Shown: positions 47,349 to 57,175 of the stretch, piece by piece
Layout: every line of letters begins with the position of its first letter
Numbering within the stretch: the first letter of the stretch is position 1
Source: a virus
Strand: one strand, 5' to 3'
DNA: 64,000 nt
IMG/VR virus record: IMGVR_UViG_3300032070_000632
Coordinates: 1-64,000 of that record
Translations under genes and position numbers: made by a program
The notes under the pieces: model-generated
Database searches by the model: none
Told to the model about the DNA's origin: nothing
Seen by the model: only the letters and a program-made list of their open reading frames with translations

Positions 47349-49256
47349 ATGGCGGATGAGACAACAATTGAAACTAATACCAAACGGCATGATGGAGCCG
47401 TCTGGATTAATGGTGGTCGGTTGTATGCCACGACGGCGGCCGGAATTTTAGCTATTCGTGCCGGCGAAATTTTAGGTTCGGGAATCGCTTTAAAAACAAT
47501 CAGTGAAAGCAATATCGCCGACCGAGCGATAACGACCGTTAAAGTGGCTTTAGGAGCCATTCAAGAGTCATTAATCGCCGCTGGAGCGGTTACGGAGACT
47601 AAAATTGATGATGATGCCATTACTTCCCCTAAAATCTTCGCTGGGGCGGTGGTAGCGGGCAAGATAGGGGCAAATGCCGTCTATGCCAATAATATCATCG
47701 CTGGGGCCGTCACAACCGTTAAAATAGCCGTCTCAGGTGTGGCGGCGGACCGGATTGCGGCCAATGCTATTGTTTCATCTAAAATCGCCGCCAACGCCAT
47801 CCAGTCAATTCATATCGCCGCTTATCAAGTGATAGCGGAAAAAATCGGTTCCGGGACTATTGATACGCAAAAAATAACTCTATCCGGCACCGGAGCGAAT
47901 GGCATTATTGAAATAGATGCCCAGACGTCAAATAACAGACCAACAATTAGAGTTGCTAAACAAGGAGTTAATTTGGCTTTGTTTGGAAATTTAAAAGAGG
48001 AGACTGGCGTGGAAGAATATGGTTTATGGGTAAAATCGGGAGCGGCCTATATCGGCGGTTATCGTTTATACGAAGCGGTGGTTGACGCCGGCGGAGATGG
48101 CGATTACACGACAATCAAAGATGCGGTTGATGCCGGCAAGACTAGAATTTTTGTCCGAAACGGAACATATACTCTCGCCGCCGACATAACCATCAGCAAT
48201 AATGACGTGACGATTATCGGAGAAAGCAGGGACGGAGTAATCATAAATTCCGGCGCGACTTCAACAAAATATAAAATATTAGTCACTGGACATCGATGCA
48301 CTCTCAGTAATTTTACAAAAGACCGGGGACCAAGCAGTGAATGGAGTATTAAAGCCAGCGGAGACGATTGCCATATTTATAACGTAAAAATAGAAGACAG
48401 TGATTCTCATTCACGAGGAATTTATTTTGCCGTTGGCGCTGATAACGGCATTGTTAATAATTGCATTATAAAAGTGGCCGTCTGGGGGATTTATTGCGCT
48501 GGAGATTTTACAAAAATTACCGATAATTATTTTGACAGCGGTGACGGCGGAGAATTGATGATTTCAGGAGATAATAATGTATTTTCCAGAAATACCTGCA
48601 AGAGAACTGGTTCGACTAACACTGCCGGCATTGATATAACCGGAATTAATAATATTTGTGCGGATAATTACGTTTATCATTCGTCAACCACTAATGTTGG
48701 AATTTACGTTAACGGCAATTACAATAAAATTTCCAATAATTATATTGAAAATTTTGAGAAGGGAATATACGTCGGCGGGGATATTGGCATTACCATAACC
48801 AATAATACGATTTATAATAGTGCCGTTACTGGAATATACGTCATTTCTTCCAGCACCGCCGGAGAAGGATTTTATACTATCTCAAACAATGTGGTTTATA
48901 GTTCTGGAACCACCGGCATTAAACTTTCTTATGGATTTAGAATAGTTTGCACTTCCAACGCGGTATATGGTTCGGGAGGAAATGGAATTGAACGTGAAGA
49001 TGTGACTTTTAGAGAAGCGATTATTTCAAATAATATGGTGCAAGGATGCGCTGGGGCTGGATTTTCATTCCGAGGGACATATCAGGCAATCAGATGTTCA
49101 TTTGTCGGCAATATGTCGCTTGACAATGGCACTTACGGATTTGACATAAAGGATTACGAGTGCGTTATCGGCAATAATTTAGCTAACGGAAACGGAACGG
49201 CTAATTATAATGTCGATGCCGATGCTTCTACTATTTATGCTCACAACTATGGTTAA
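47349..49256 (+). CDS. Tailspike/receptor-binding protein with right-handed beta-helix
   Basis: ITxxKIxxGA stalk repeats; GDYTTIKDAV, IFVRNGTY, repeated I(S/T)NN..Y and GIY. Confidence 0.85.
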   Translation: MADETTIETNTKRHDGAVWINGGRLYATTAAGILAIRAGEILGSGIALKTISESNIADRAITTVKVALGAIQESLIAAGAVTETKIDDDAITSPKIFAGAVVAGKIGANAVYANNIIAGAVTTVKIAVSGVAADRIAANAIVSSKIAANAIQSIHIAAYQVIAEKIGSGTIDTQKITLSGTGANGIIEIDAQTSNNRPTIRVAKQGVNLALFGNLKEETGVEEYGLWVKSGAAYIGGYRLYEAVVDAGGDGDYTTIKDAVDAGKTRIFVRNGTYTLAADITISNNDVTIIGESRDGVIINSGATSTKYKILVTGHRCTLSNFTKDRGPSSEWSIKASGDDCHIYNVKIEDSDSHSRGIYFAVGADNGIVNNCIIKVAVWGIYCAGDFTKITDNYFDSGDGGELMISGDNNVFSRNTCKRTGSTNTAGIDITGINNICADNYVYHSSTTNVGIYVNGNYNKISNNYIENFEKGIYVGGDIGITITNNTIYNSAVTGIYVISSSTAGEGFYTISNNVVYSSGTTGIKLSYGFRIVCTSNAVYGSGGNGIEREDVTFREAIISNNMVQGCAGAGFSFRGTYQAIRCSFVGNMSLDNGTYGFDIKDYECVIGNNLANGNGTANYNVDADASTIYAHNYG

Positions 49257-49282
49257 AAATTTATTTAATAATTTTAGAATAT

Positions 49283-49492
49283 ATGAAAAAATATCTTAAA
49301 CAAGACGGCAAATATTATACCATTTCCCAAGAGGTTAAAGAAATTGACGAGGTTAAAAAAATCAATGACCAGCTTATTTTTTTAAAAAAACGGCATGATG
49401 AAGAAATTAATAGAATCGAAACAAAATATCAAGAACAAATCAATGAATTAAAACAAAATTTAATAGAATTAAATAATTTAGAATTAACTTAA
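49283..49492 (+). CDS. Small coiled-coil protein
   Basis: ORF after the tailspike. Confidence 0.55.
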   Translation: MKKYLKQDGKYYTISQEVKEIDEVKKINDQLIFLKKRHDEEINRIETKYQEQINELKQNLIELNNLELT

Positions 49493-49496
49493 ATAT

Positions 49497-50237
49497 ATGC
49501 CAAATTTTCAATTAAAAAAACCGCTTGATTATTGCGTAGTCACACAGCCTTTTGGCGTCAACTATGTAGATTTTTATCAGAAAAATTTTAATCCGCCAAT
49601 GAACGGCCATAACGGAACTGATTTTCGCACAAATGGAGATAAAGTCTATGCTTGTTTTGATGGTTTTGCTATTTTTGCCGGCACATACAGCGACGGTGGA
49701 ATCGGAGTAGAGATGGTCAGCGACCACATTGAAGAAGAAAAAAGGTATAAGGCAATATATTATCATTTAAAATCAGTAAACGTTAAAATAGACGACTGGA
49801 TAAAAGCCGGAGATTTGATAGGAATTTCCGATAACACTGGTCTTATGACTACCGGTTCTCATTTGCATTTAGGATTAAAAATTTGCGATGCCTATACGCC
49901 ATTTGCCACTCTGAATAAAGACAACGGATATTATGGCTGTATTGACCTTGTGCCTTTAATGGAAGAAGGTTGGGATAAGTTGCCGGTTGATTTATATTAC
50001 GGCAAACAAAGAAATTGGTATGCCGAATGGCTGTTAAGATTTAAAAATGCGTGGGTCCATCGCCGGCTGATTCAGGTTTATCATCGTGGTCCGTTATCGT
50101 TGACAAACCGAGAAATGTCGGCCATAGTTTATGGTAGTTGGGGATTTGATGAAGTATTAAATCCTGCCTTATGGCCAATTTGGGCAATGGTTACAAAATC
50201 AGATTGGGAAATAAATAAAAAAGTTCCCTATTGTTAA
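49497..50237 (+). CDS. M23 peptidase, probable endolysin
   Basis: GHNGTDF, YYHL, GDLIGISDNTG.TTGSHLHLG. Confidence 0.88.
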   Translation: MPNFQLKKPLDYCVVTQPFGVNYVDFYQKNFNPPMNGHNGTDFRTNGDKVYACFDGFAIFAGTYSDGGIGVEMVSDHIEEEKRYKAIYYHLKSVNVKIDDWIKAGDLIGISDNTGLMTTGSHLHLGLKICDAYTPFATLNKDNGYYGCIDLVPLMEEGWDKLPVDLYYGKQRNWYAEWLLRFKNAWVHRRLIQVYHRGPLSLTNREMSAIVYGSWGFDEVLNPALWPIWAMVTKSDWEINKKVPYC

Positions 50238-50646
50238 TTCTATCAATAGAGGTATTATCTTTTCCAAATTGTTCACAATGTTTTGAATAACTTTTGTACA
50301 TATCATTCTTAAAATCATTAAAATTTTTCCATAAACATTTTATCCCACGAGCACCATAATATTTATAAGAAATATCATTTTTATTATAACATCTTTTTAT
50401 TATTAAATAATAAATATTATAAAATTGCGTGCCGGACATTTTATGAATAATATGTTTTTGTGCACTGTTATAAATTGAACAATCACGACAATTTTTTTTA
50501 AATTTCAAAACATCACCTCTAGCAGAAAATTTTTTACCACATTTGCATTCACAAAGCCAATATATATGACCATTTTTTTTAAAATTAATTTTTTTAACAA
50601 TAATCTTACCAAATTTTTTATTAGTTAAATCAATTATTTTTTTCAT
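50191..50646 (-). pseudogene. Truncated HNH-type homing endonuclease
   Basis: DLTNKKFG, WLCECKCG, RCYN, YGARGI, SIDRINN, then the frame ends inside the convergent lysin gene. Confidence 0.7.
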
Positions 50647-51461
50647 ATATAATTTTTAAGAAAATTTATCGCTTCATAAAATGGCATTTCGTATTTATCC
50701 ATCACAAATCTAATCGCCCCTCCGCCCCGTCCGCAACCATAACAATAAAATCCTTTTCCCTCGTTGTAAATGGCACAAGACGGGGTTTTTTCATTATGGA
50801 AAGGACAGTCTATTTTTTCTCCTCCGGAAAAAGGAAATTTTTTATGGTATTCGTTAAAGAAAGACAGAATATAAACCGCATCGCAGTCATCAATTACTGA
50901 TTGGTCTATCTCTTTATTTTTAAAACCGAATAACTGTCCTTCCAATCTTATCAGTTCATTTTCATATTTTGGATAATCATTAAAATCATTAAAAATATCC
51001 AATAACCATTGGGGACAATTTGAATTTTTTAATTTTTTATAAGATTCTTTTATTTGATTAGTTTGCAATTTTAAAAAGTTTATTCTGTCAATCAAATATT
51101 CCGACTTTCTGGCGGACGACCATTCTTGGTCTATTTCCAATTCCAATTCGGCTAAATAATTTTTTATTTTAGGAATTTCAATTTTCTCATACCACTTTTC
51201 TATTTCCAATTCCAAACCATTGCCGTCGGCATAATTTAAATCAAATTGGCAGATTATATCGGAGAAACTTTTTGCTAATTCTTGCCATCCATTGGCATCA
51301 GCCATTCCCCAAAAGCGATAAGCAGTCTGGACTAAAGTATATCTGTCTGCCCAACGAATAAAATATTTGTCGGCGTCGCGTTCATTATAAAAATATATCT
51401 TATCCCAGTCTTTTTTTCTTTTGTTATAAACATAAAAACTTTGGAGAAATTGGTTGGTCAT
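50643..51461 (-). CDS. Protein with C-terminal CHC2 (primase-type) zinc finger
   Basis: CPFHNEKTPSC...FYCYGCGRGGGAIRFVM. Confidence 0.8.
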   Translation of the reverse strand: MTNQFLQSFYVYNKRKKDWDKIYFYNERDADKYFIRWADRYTLVQTAYRFWGMADANGWQELAKSFSDIICQFDLNYADGNGLELEIEKWYEKIEIPKIKNYLAELELEIDQEWSSARKSEYLIDRINFLKLQTNQIKESYKKLKNSNCPQWLLDIFNDFNDYPKYENELIRLEGQLFGFKNKEIDQSVIDDCDAVYILSFFNEYHKKFPFSGGEKIDCPFHNEKTPSCAIYNEGKGFYCYGCGRGGGAIRFVMDKYEMPFYEAINFLKNYI

Positions 51462-51464
51462 AAA

Positions 51465-52937
51465 TTATCCAAGGCTATTAACAAAATCAATCGCCTCTTC
51501 TTCCGGTATTTCTCGGTCTATTTTCCAGAGATACCTGTTTCTTGTTTTAGTGCAATGATGCGTAAAAAATTCAAATATGGCCACTCCTGGCCTGGCATGC
51601 CTAACTTTATTGACATAGGCGGTTATAAACTCGTCGTCATCACGCTCTAGGAAGCCACTGGAGCCATCAGGATTCTTTCTCATGGCAAAAAGGGGATTCT
51701 CTATGTTACTGCCGAATTTCTCGCTGTACTTGTCTCGTATGCGTGGGGATATGCCCTTCTGGAGCCAGATACCGACGTCAGTGATGTTCTTTATTTCACC
51801 CGCTCCCTTAAATGACATCATTTTGTCTCCAGTCTCCCGTGATTCGTTATCAGACAGCTGGGAAACGTTTATCAGACTAATGTCGTTGCTTAAGGCACAT
51901 TGTTGCAAAGCCATGGCAACTTTGCTCATTTGCGTAAAAATATCTTTTTCCCAACTATTAAGATTTTGCATGTAATCTATTAAAACAATATCGCACTCAT
52001 TTCGCAGTTTGTGCATGGAAATTAAAGAAATTATTTGATTGGCGTCAAAAATTTTATCGTAGATAATCAACGGGCAATCTTCCAAGTCATGAAAGTGCAT
52101 ATCCACGTTCGCTTTTTGTTCTTCGTTTAAATTATTGGTTTTGATGTCAATAAAATCATAACCGGTTCTTGCTCCCACCAAACGATAAAGATTATCTAAG
52201 GCACTATTTTCAGTGGAAAATATTACTGCCTTTAATCTTGGTTTTCCATCATCGCCAATGCTGTTGGTGAGCAAATCGCTCAATAATTGCAAAGCAAAAA
52301 AACTTTTTCCCGTGCCGGAATGTCCGCCAATAGTCCAGATGTGATGAGGAAAAATGCCTTTGGTTATTTCGCCTAAATTGCTAAAAGAAGACGGTAATAG
52401 TATTTTTTTCTTGTTTAAAGAAAAATCATTCATTTCCTTTATCGCCAGCGGAACCAAGTATTTAACCGAGGCGTTTGTTTTCTCGTCTATTTGGCTGTTG
52501 ATTAAGTTTAATTCCGATTGCAGATGGTTTATCATCATTTCCGAATCGGAACTTAATGCTTTTCTTTTTGATTTCTTCAACAAGACTGATATTTTACGCC
52601 GGAGATAATTTTCTTTTACTTTCAAGGCGACATCTTTAATGGTCGAACCACTGGAAGCGACCAATGTTTTGGCATGCTGGATTATTGTCCGGTCGATAAT
52701 TCCGATGGTAAGTTCATCCGTGTTGGGAGCTTTTTTCAATAATGCTTCGTAAATCAGTCTAAATTTGTCATATTCAAAATATTCCGGTTTGACAATTTCA
52801 ATTATTTCCAGCAATCTTTCACGGTTATCAATCAGCAAAGATACGAGTTCAAGCTCTTTAGTGCTGTGTTTTTGCATGCTTTCTTTCTCAACCTCTTCGT
52901 CGCTTTTTCTTTTTTCTTCTAAATTAGTTTGAATCAT
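51465..52937 (-). CDS. DnaB-like replicative helicase
   Basis: GGHSGTGKS, FSTE, LIDYMQ, VSQL, KGAGEI, KVRH. Confidence 0.9.
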   Translation of the reverse strand: MIQTNLEEKRKSDEEVEKESMQKHSTKELELVSLLIDNRERLLEIIEIVKPEYFEYDKFRLIYEALLKKAPNTDELTIGIIDRTIIQHAKTLVASSGSTIKDVALKVKENYLRRKISVLLKKSKRKALSSDSEMMINHLQSELNLINSQIDEKTNASVKYLVPLAIKEMNDFSLNKKKILLPSSFSNLGEITKGIFPHHIWTIGGHSGTGKSFFALQLLSDLLTNSIGDDGKPRLKAVIFSTENSALDNLYRLVGARTGYDFIDIKTNNLNEEQKANVDMHFHDLEDCPLIIYDKIFDANQIISLISMHKLRNECDIVLIDYMQNLNSWEKDIFTQMSKVAMALQQCALSNDISLINVSQLSDNESRETGDKMMSFKGAGEIKNITDVGIWLQKGISPRIRDKYSEKFGSNIENPLFAMRKNPDGSSGFLERDDDEFITAYVNKVRHARPGVAIFEFFTHHCTKTRNRYLWKIDREIPEEEAIDFVNSLG

Positions 52938-53017
52938 ATTTTCGGCGGAATTAATAAAAAAATACTTTTCAACAATAAAAAATAAGGGGATAGATAATAT
53001 ACTTGACAAAAACGTCT

Positions 53018-53130
53018 AAAAGTGTTTGTTCGTCTACACGAACAAATGATATTAATATAATTAATAATTATATAATTAATAATATATATATATATATATA
53101 ATATGTTCGTCTACACGAACAAACACTTTT
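53018..53130. other. Candidate phage replication origin
   Basis: Two copies of TGTTCGTCTACACGAACAAA around an almost pure A/T spacer, between initiator and helicase genes. Confidence 0.65.
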
Positions 53131-53210
53131 TTGACAATTCCGTCAAGTTTGTGTTTTAATATATGATTTTTTAAATAAACAATTAATTGACAATTTATAA
53201 AGTTTATATT

Positions 53211-53600
53211 CTAATAATCAATTCCAACTACTTTTAATTTTTTTCCGGTAAAATTTTCATACCCAAATCCTTTAACATAACGCAATTTATCCACCTTCTC
53301 TGTCAACTTGACAAAAATTGTTTGATGTTGTTTTTTAATAATTTTTATAAAACCAGATTGTTCAATTTTTTTAATTCTTGGCGTGATTGAACTTTTTGTT
53401 TTTATTCCTAATAATGGCAATGATTGCATTAAATTTTCATAATCAATCCAGGTAAAACCATTTATTCTTTTATTGATAATATATTTATTTTGTGACGTGC
53501 AAATATCAATAATATAATCCAAAATACTTAGGTCTTTAAAATCAAGTTTTGTCTTTAATTTTAAGACCGCAAACTGATTGATGATGATGTTATATTTCAT
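53211..53600 (-). CDS. Replication initiator N-terminal winged-helix protein
   Basis: LDFKDLSILDYI, FTWIDYENLMQSLPLLGIK; upstream of helicase. Confidence 0.7.
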   Translation of the reverse strand: MKYNIIINQFAVLKLKTKLDFKDLSILDYIIDICTSQNKYIINKRINGFTWIDYENLMQSLPLLGIKTKSSITPRIKKIEQSGFIKIIKKQHQTIFVKLTEKVDKLRYVKGFGYENFTGKKLKVVGIDY

Positions 53601-53626
53601 AATTTTGTCTTAGTGAATAAAAATAA

Positions 53627-53718
53627 ATAACCTTCATTAATTTTTGGCGGGGGCAATTTGGCATCACTCACAGACACCAACACGACAAGCGTGTCCGCCA
53701 AAAATTAATAAAGGTTAT
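53627..53718 (-). promoter_or_regulatory. Long leader stem-loop upstream of the initiator gene
   Basis: 24-bp stem whose single mismatch is a G.U pair on the minus strand. Confidence 0.55.
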
Positions 53719-53741
53719 GGTGAGTATTATTTTATTGCCAC

Positions 53742-54194
53742 TTAAATATTACCAGTTTTTTTAGAAATAATCAACGGTCTGTCGCTGTAATCAAATTTGA
53801 AAGGGCGACCTTGCTTTAGTTTTTTTATTGTCTTTCCTTCTTTTTTTGCCAGATAAATTTTACTGCCGCGTTCTTTCCACCACTTTTTTTTTCTAGCCGA
53901 TACTATTTCTTTATTTTTTTGATAATATTTTTTCATGGCCTTATTAGACCTTTCGTTCAGTATTTTTCTTCTTTCTGGATTATTTGATACTTCATCGTGA
54001 TATTTTGTCCGATATTTTTTTCTGATTTCTTCTCGATGCTTATGATAAAATTTGGCATTGTATTTTCTGTTTCTGATTTTACGGCAATTAGAAGAACACC
54101 ATCGTCTGGTTCGTTCGGGATTTTTTCCTTTTTTTGCCAGGAACGTCTTTCCGCAGATAACGCATCGTTGCTTTATTTTAGCGATATATTTCAT
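53742..54194 (-). CDS. Basic zinc-finger DNA-binding protein
   Basis: CVICGKTF...WCSSNCR; K/R-rich helices. Confidence 0.6.
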   Translation of the reverse strand: MKYIAKIKQRCVICGKTFLAKKGKNPERTRRWCSSNCRKIRNRKYNAKFYHKHREEIRKKYRTKYHDEVSNNPERRKILNERSNKAMKKYYQKNKEIVSARKKKWWKERGSKIYLAKKEGKTIKKLKQGRPFKFDYSDRPLIISKKTGNI

Positions 54195-54214
54195 ATTTGA
54201 GACAGTTTATTGCC

Positions 54215-55021
54215 TCAAAATGGTATTTTGGGTCCGTCTTCTTTACCTTCAACTTCGCCTTCATTGTCAATTTCTATGGTTGGCAATTCTTCTTGAGTAT
54301 TTTCTGTTTCTTCTTTTTTATTTTTTTCTTCCGGTTCAAATTCACTGTCTTCTTGGACTTTAGCTTTGCTGGTGAAATCTTGTTTATATACTGAAAATTC
54401 TTCAATTTCTTCCACTGTGGCTTCCCGCACTGTATTTAAAATATAAATATAATATTTTCCTTTGCCGCCGATAACTAATTCCGGCACCAACTTAATAATA
54501 TAATTATATAAAGGTTTTTTCGTCCTGACGCATTTATTGATTAATAATTTTGCCTGTTTGAAAGATGCCCCTCCAACCGACATTAAAAATGGCTGGCGAG
54601 TTTCCATTACTATTCCCAGAAAATTATATTTTAAATTGCACTCCGGCTTGCTACTGCCATTCCACATGGCATAAGGGCAGACGGAACAATCTCCGCCAGG
54701 ATTGCCTTGGCCATTGCGGGAATCATTTGACCGGCAAACTGGCGGTTCTTTTAAATTAACGGTGCCATCGTCATTAATCAGCCATCTCACTCGGCTTTTG
54801 TGGACGGCTAAAAATACTATTTCCAGTTCTTTAAATTCCTCTCCGGTGGCTACATTGTAAATTGTGCCGGCGGTCGCTCCCATTTGTGAAGTTGGCTGTA
54901 CTATTTGCAGACGGGGGATAATTAAATCGCTGGCGTCAATATCTTCCAACCCGTCTAATCCGCTGATTGGGTTAGCTATCGATTGGTTGTTTTGCACAGC
55001 TACGGCTTTTTGTTCTTCCAT
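54215..55021 (-). CDS. Putative phage single-stranded DNA-binding protein
   Basis: DLIIPRLQIVQPTS, CRSND, CSVCPY..W..C; acidic tail ending IPF. Confidence 0.7.
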   Translation of the reverse strand: MEEQKAVAVQNNQSIANPISGLDGLEDIDASDLIIPRLQIVQPTSQMGATAGTIYNVATGEEFKELEIVFLAVHKSRVRWLINDDGTVNLKEPPVCRSNDSRNGQGNPGGDCSVCPYAMWNGSSKPECNLKYNFLGIVMETRQPFLMSVGGASFKQAKLLINKCVRTKKPLYNYIIKLVPELVIGGKGKYYIYILNTVREATVEEIEEFSVYKQDFTSKAKVQEDSEFEPEEKNKKEETENTQEELPTIEIDNEGEVEGKEDGPKIPF

Positions 55022-55048
55022 AGAAAAAAAATTAATTGTTATAATACC

Positions 55049-55077
55049 ATTATACAGTATCTTTGAAAAAAAGTCAA
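55049..55077 (-). promoter_or_regulatory. Conserved phage promoter, copy 2 (replication operon)
   Basis: Minus strand TTGACT-17-TATAAT followed by GGTATTATAA, as at 3839. Confidence 0.8.
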
Positions 55078-55083
55078 TACACA

Positions 55084-55111
55084 ACAAAGACCGCTATTAA
55101 CGGTCTTTGTT
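55084..55111. terminator. Intrinsic terminator
   Basis: ACAAAGACCG-ctattaa-CGGTCTTTGT. Confidence 0.7.
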
Positions 55112-55131
55112 TAAATCTTTAGTTCAAGTTA

Positions 55132-55425
55132 TCAACTTGCCTGCGTGTCAGCGGTTTCTGATTTCTTTGCTTTTATTTTTCCTTCCCAGTAATAAACATA
55201 TACCGCTTGCGACACGGTGGCCGTAGCGGTGACTGTGGCGATAACCTGGGAAACGCTTTCAAAAGCGGTTGCCAGCATAACTAAGATGCCGGCCGCTATT
55301 GAAGTCGCTAAGGCGATAGTATAGCGTTTCTTTTTGTCCGCTACTTTGGCATTGACATATGCAATCGCCGGAGGTAAAATAATTCCAAGTAGAGATGAAA
55401 TGCTGACTGGTATTAATTCATTCAT
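55132..55425 (-). CDS. Holin-like membrane protein
   Basis: LLGIILPPAIAYVN, 2-3 TM segments, SQAVY, charged C-tail. Confidence 0.6.
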   Translation of the reverse strand: MNELIPVSISSLLGIILPPAIAYVNAKVADKKKRYTIALATSIAAGILVMLATAFESVSQVIATVTATATVSQAVYVYYWEGKIKAKKSETADTQAS

Positions 55426-55492
55426 ATTTTTATTAAATTAAAAGAACTGACCCTGATTTAATTCTATTCCCATCAGCCGGTTCATGTCAATA

Positions 55493-55521
55493 TTGACTTT
55501 TTTTAAAAGATGGTGTATAAT
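55493..55521 (+). promoter_or_regulatory. Conserved phage promoter, copy 3; likely leaderless transcript
   Basis: TTGACT-17-TATAAT; ATG 55528 lies 7 nt after the -10 box. Confidence 0.8.
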
Positions 55522-55527
55522 GACAAT

Positions 55528-56463
55528 ATGGTATCAGGCAAAGCAAAAGCAAAAGATAAAATAGATTTCAACGACAAGAAGCTTATCAGTTATACCCGCT
55601 TCTCGTCGTTTATGAATTGTCCCTATAAATTCAGTCTAAAATATAAAAAAGGGATAAGACCGGAAAAAGAATCTGTTAAATATTCTTTTGGAAAAGCCAT
55701 GCACGCCGCATTGGCTTATTTTTATGAAACGAAATGCACGGAAGAAATGGCGATTGAATATTTTTCTTTAATTTGGGAGGAGATGACTAAAAGCGAAGCG
55801 ATTGATTATGGCACTAAAAAAGTGACTAAGGCGATGGTTAAAGAAGACCCAGGACTAGCTGATGAAGAGCATGTGGCTATCACGCCAGCTTATTATCTTG
55901 ATTTGGGGGCAAGGATGCTGATGAGTTATTTTGAAACTTATCGGGGAGAAAAAATAGAGGTTGTCGGGGTGGAACAATCATTTACTTGTCCGTTTAAAAA
56001 TCCGGACACTAATTATAAAAACAGAAGATGGGAATTAACCGGCGTGATTGATTTATTGTTAAAAAATGAAGATGGAACTTATGAATTTTGGGACCATAAA
56101 ATGATGGGGAAAAAAGTCAGTGCCGGCGTATTTCAACTTTCTCATCAGGTTCCGGCTTATATTTTAGGGGCCGCTTTTTTGCTTCAAATTCCCATTGATA
56201 AAATTAAAAGATGCGTTTTTAATATTATTTATAAAACCGGAGATTTAGAATGTGAACGGATAGAGGTGACGAGGACTAAGGAAGAAATGACCATGTTTTT
56301 TAAACAATTGACGCATGTCGCTAAGGCGATTGATAATGATAAAATTTTTCAAAATTTTAGTTTTGCCTGTGCTTCTTGCGAATATCTTAATTATTGTTTG
56401 GGGAAAAAGGATAAATATCTCGATACGATATTTTCCGATGCCGAAGACCCCGATGAATTATAA
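55528..56463 (+). CDS. PD-(D/E)XK exonuclease (RecB/Cas4-like)
   Basis: ISYTRFSSFMNCP, GKAMH, GVIDL, WDHK, QVPAY, CASCEY..YC. Confidence 0.85.
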   Translation: MVSGKAKAKDKIDFNDKKLISYTRFSSFMNCPYKFSLKYKKGIRPEKESVKYSFGKAMHAALAYFYETKCTEEMAIEYFSLIWEEMTKSEAIDYGTKKVTKAMVKEDPGLADEEHVAITPAYYLDLGARMLMSYFETYRGEKIEVVGVEQSFTCPFKNPDTNYKNRRWELTGVIDLLLKNEDGTYEFWDHKMMGKKVSAGVFQLSHQVPAYILGAAFLLQIPIDKIKRCVFNIIYKTGDLECERIEVTRTKEEMTMFFKQLTHVAKAIDNDKIFQNFSFACASCEYLNYCLGKKDKYLDTIFSDAEDPDEL

Positions 56464-56465
56464 AT

Positions 56466-56756
56466 ATGTTATATTATACCCCGCCAACAAACGAACAATT
56501 TAATGAGGTTAAAGAAAAATCTATTCAACTTTGGAAAGAGATTGATACTGATAATGACAAATATGGATATGCCAGCAGTAAAATAAACAGAATCAAAGAC
56601 CTTGAAAATATTAGTGATAATTTTATGGTTATGGTGGCGATGTTTAGTATTAATAATCAAGCCACACTTGCCAGTAAATTAAAAGAAGAAACAAGGACGG
56701 CAATAAAAGAAAGAATGATTGAAGACAGAAATTTTGGTAAAGAATTTGTTTTTTAA
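56466..56756 (+). CDS. Hypothetical protein
   Basis: ORF in operon. Confidence 0.6.
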   Translation: MLYYTPPTNEQFNEVKEKSIQLWKEIDTDNDKYGYASSKINRIKDLENISDNFMVMVAMFSINNQATLASKLKEETRTAIKERMIEDRNFGKEFVF

Positions 56757-56764
56757 TTTTTTAT

Positions 56765-57169
56765 ATGGAAAGAATAACTTTAAATTCAGTATCAGTCGGC
56801 AAACAGGTCAGAAGAGTTCCTCATAACAATAGCAATATGCGGATGCACTGGACTGTAAAAAATCAATGGAAACACGCCTGGCAGAAAGAAATTGAAATGC
56901 AGATAATGATTAATCGCAAGAAATTAGGAAAGTTACCCTTGATAAAACCGGAAATAAAATTTATATTTTATATGTGCAAACCATATGACTTGGATGGGGC
57001 ATATAATGCGGCCAAACCGTTGTTGGACAGTTTAAAAATTTGGAAAAGCAAAAATAATCCTGGTATGGGAATAATTACGGATGATGATGATAAAAATTTA
57101 TCTTATTGCGTTTTGACAAAGAAAGTTTATAGCGTAAAAGAGGAGCGAGTAGAATTAATCATTAATTAA
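56765..57169 (+). CDS. RusA-like Holliday junction resolvase
   Basis: DLDG...KPLLDSL...GIITDDD. Confidence 0.75.
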   Translation: MERITLNSVSVGKQVRRVPHNNSNMRMHWTVKNQWKHAWQKEIEMQIMINRKKLGKLPLIKPEIKFIFYMCKPYDLDGAYNAAKPLLDSLKIWKSKNNPGMGIITDDDDKNLSYCVLTKKVYSVKEERVELIIN

Positions 57170-57175
57170 ATAATT

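Noticed and set aside
55528-56463. Cas4 as part of a CRISPR-Cas system
   Set aside because: No other cas genes or array; context fits a phage recombination exonuclease.
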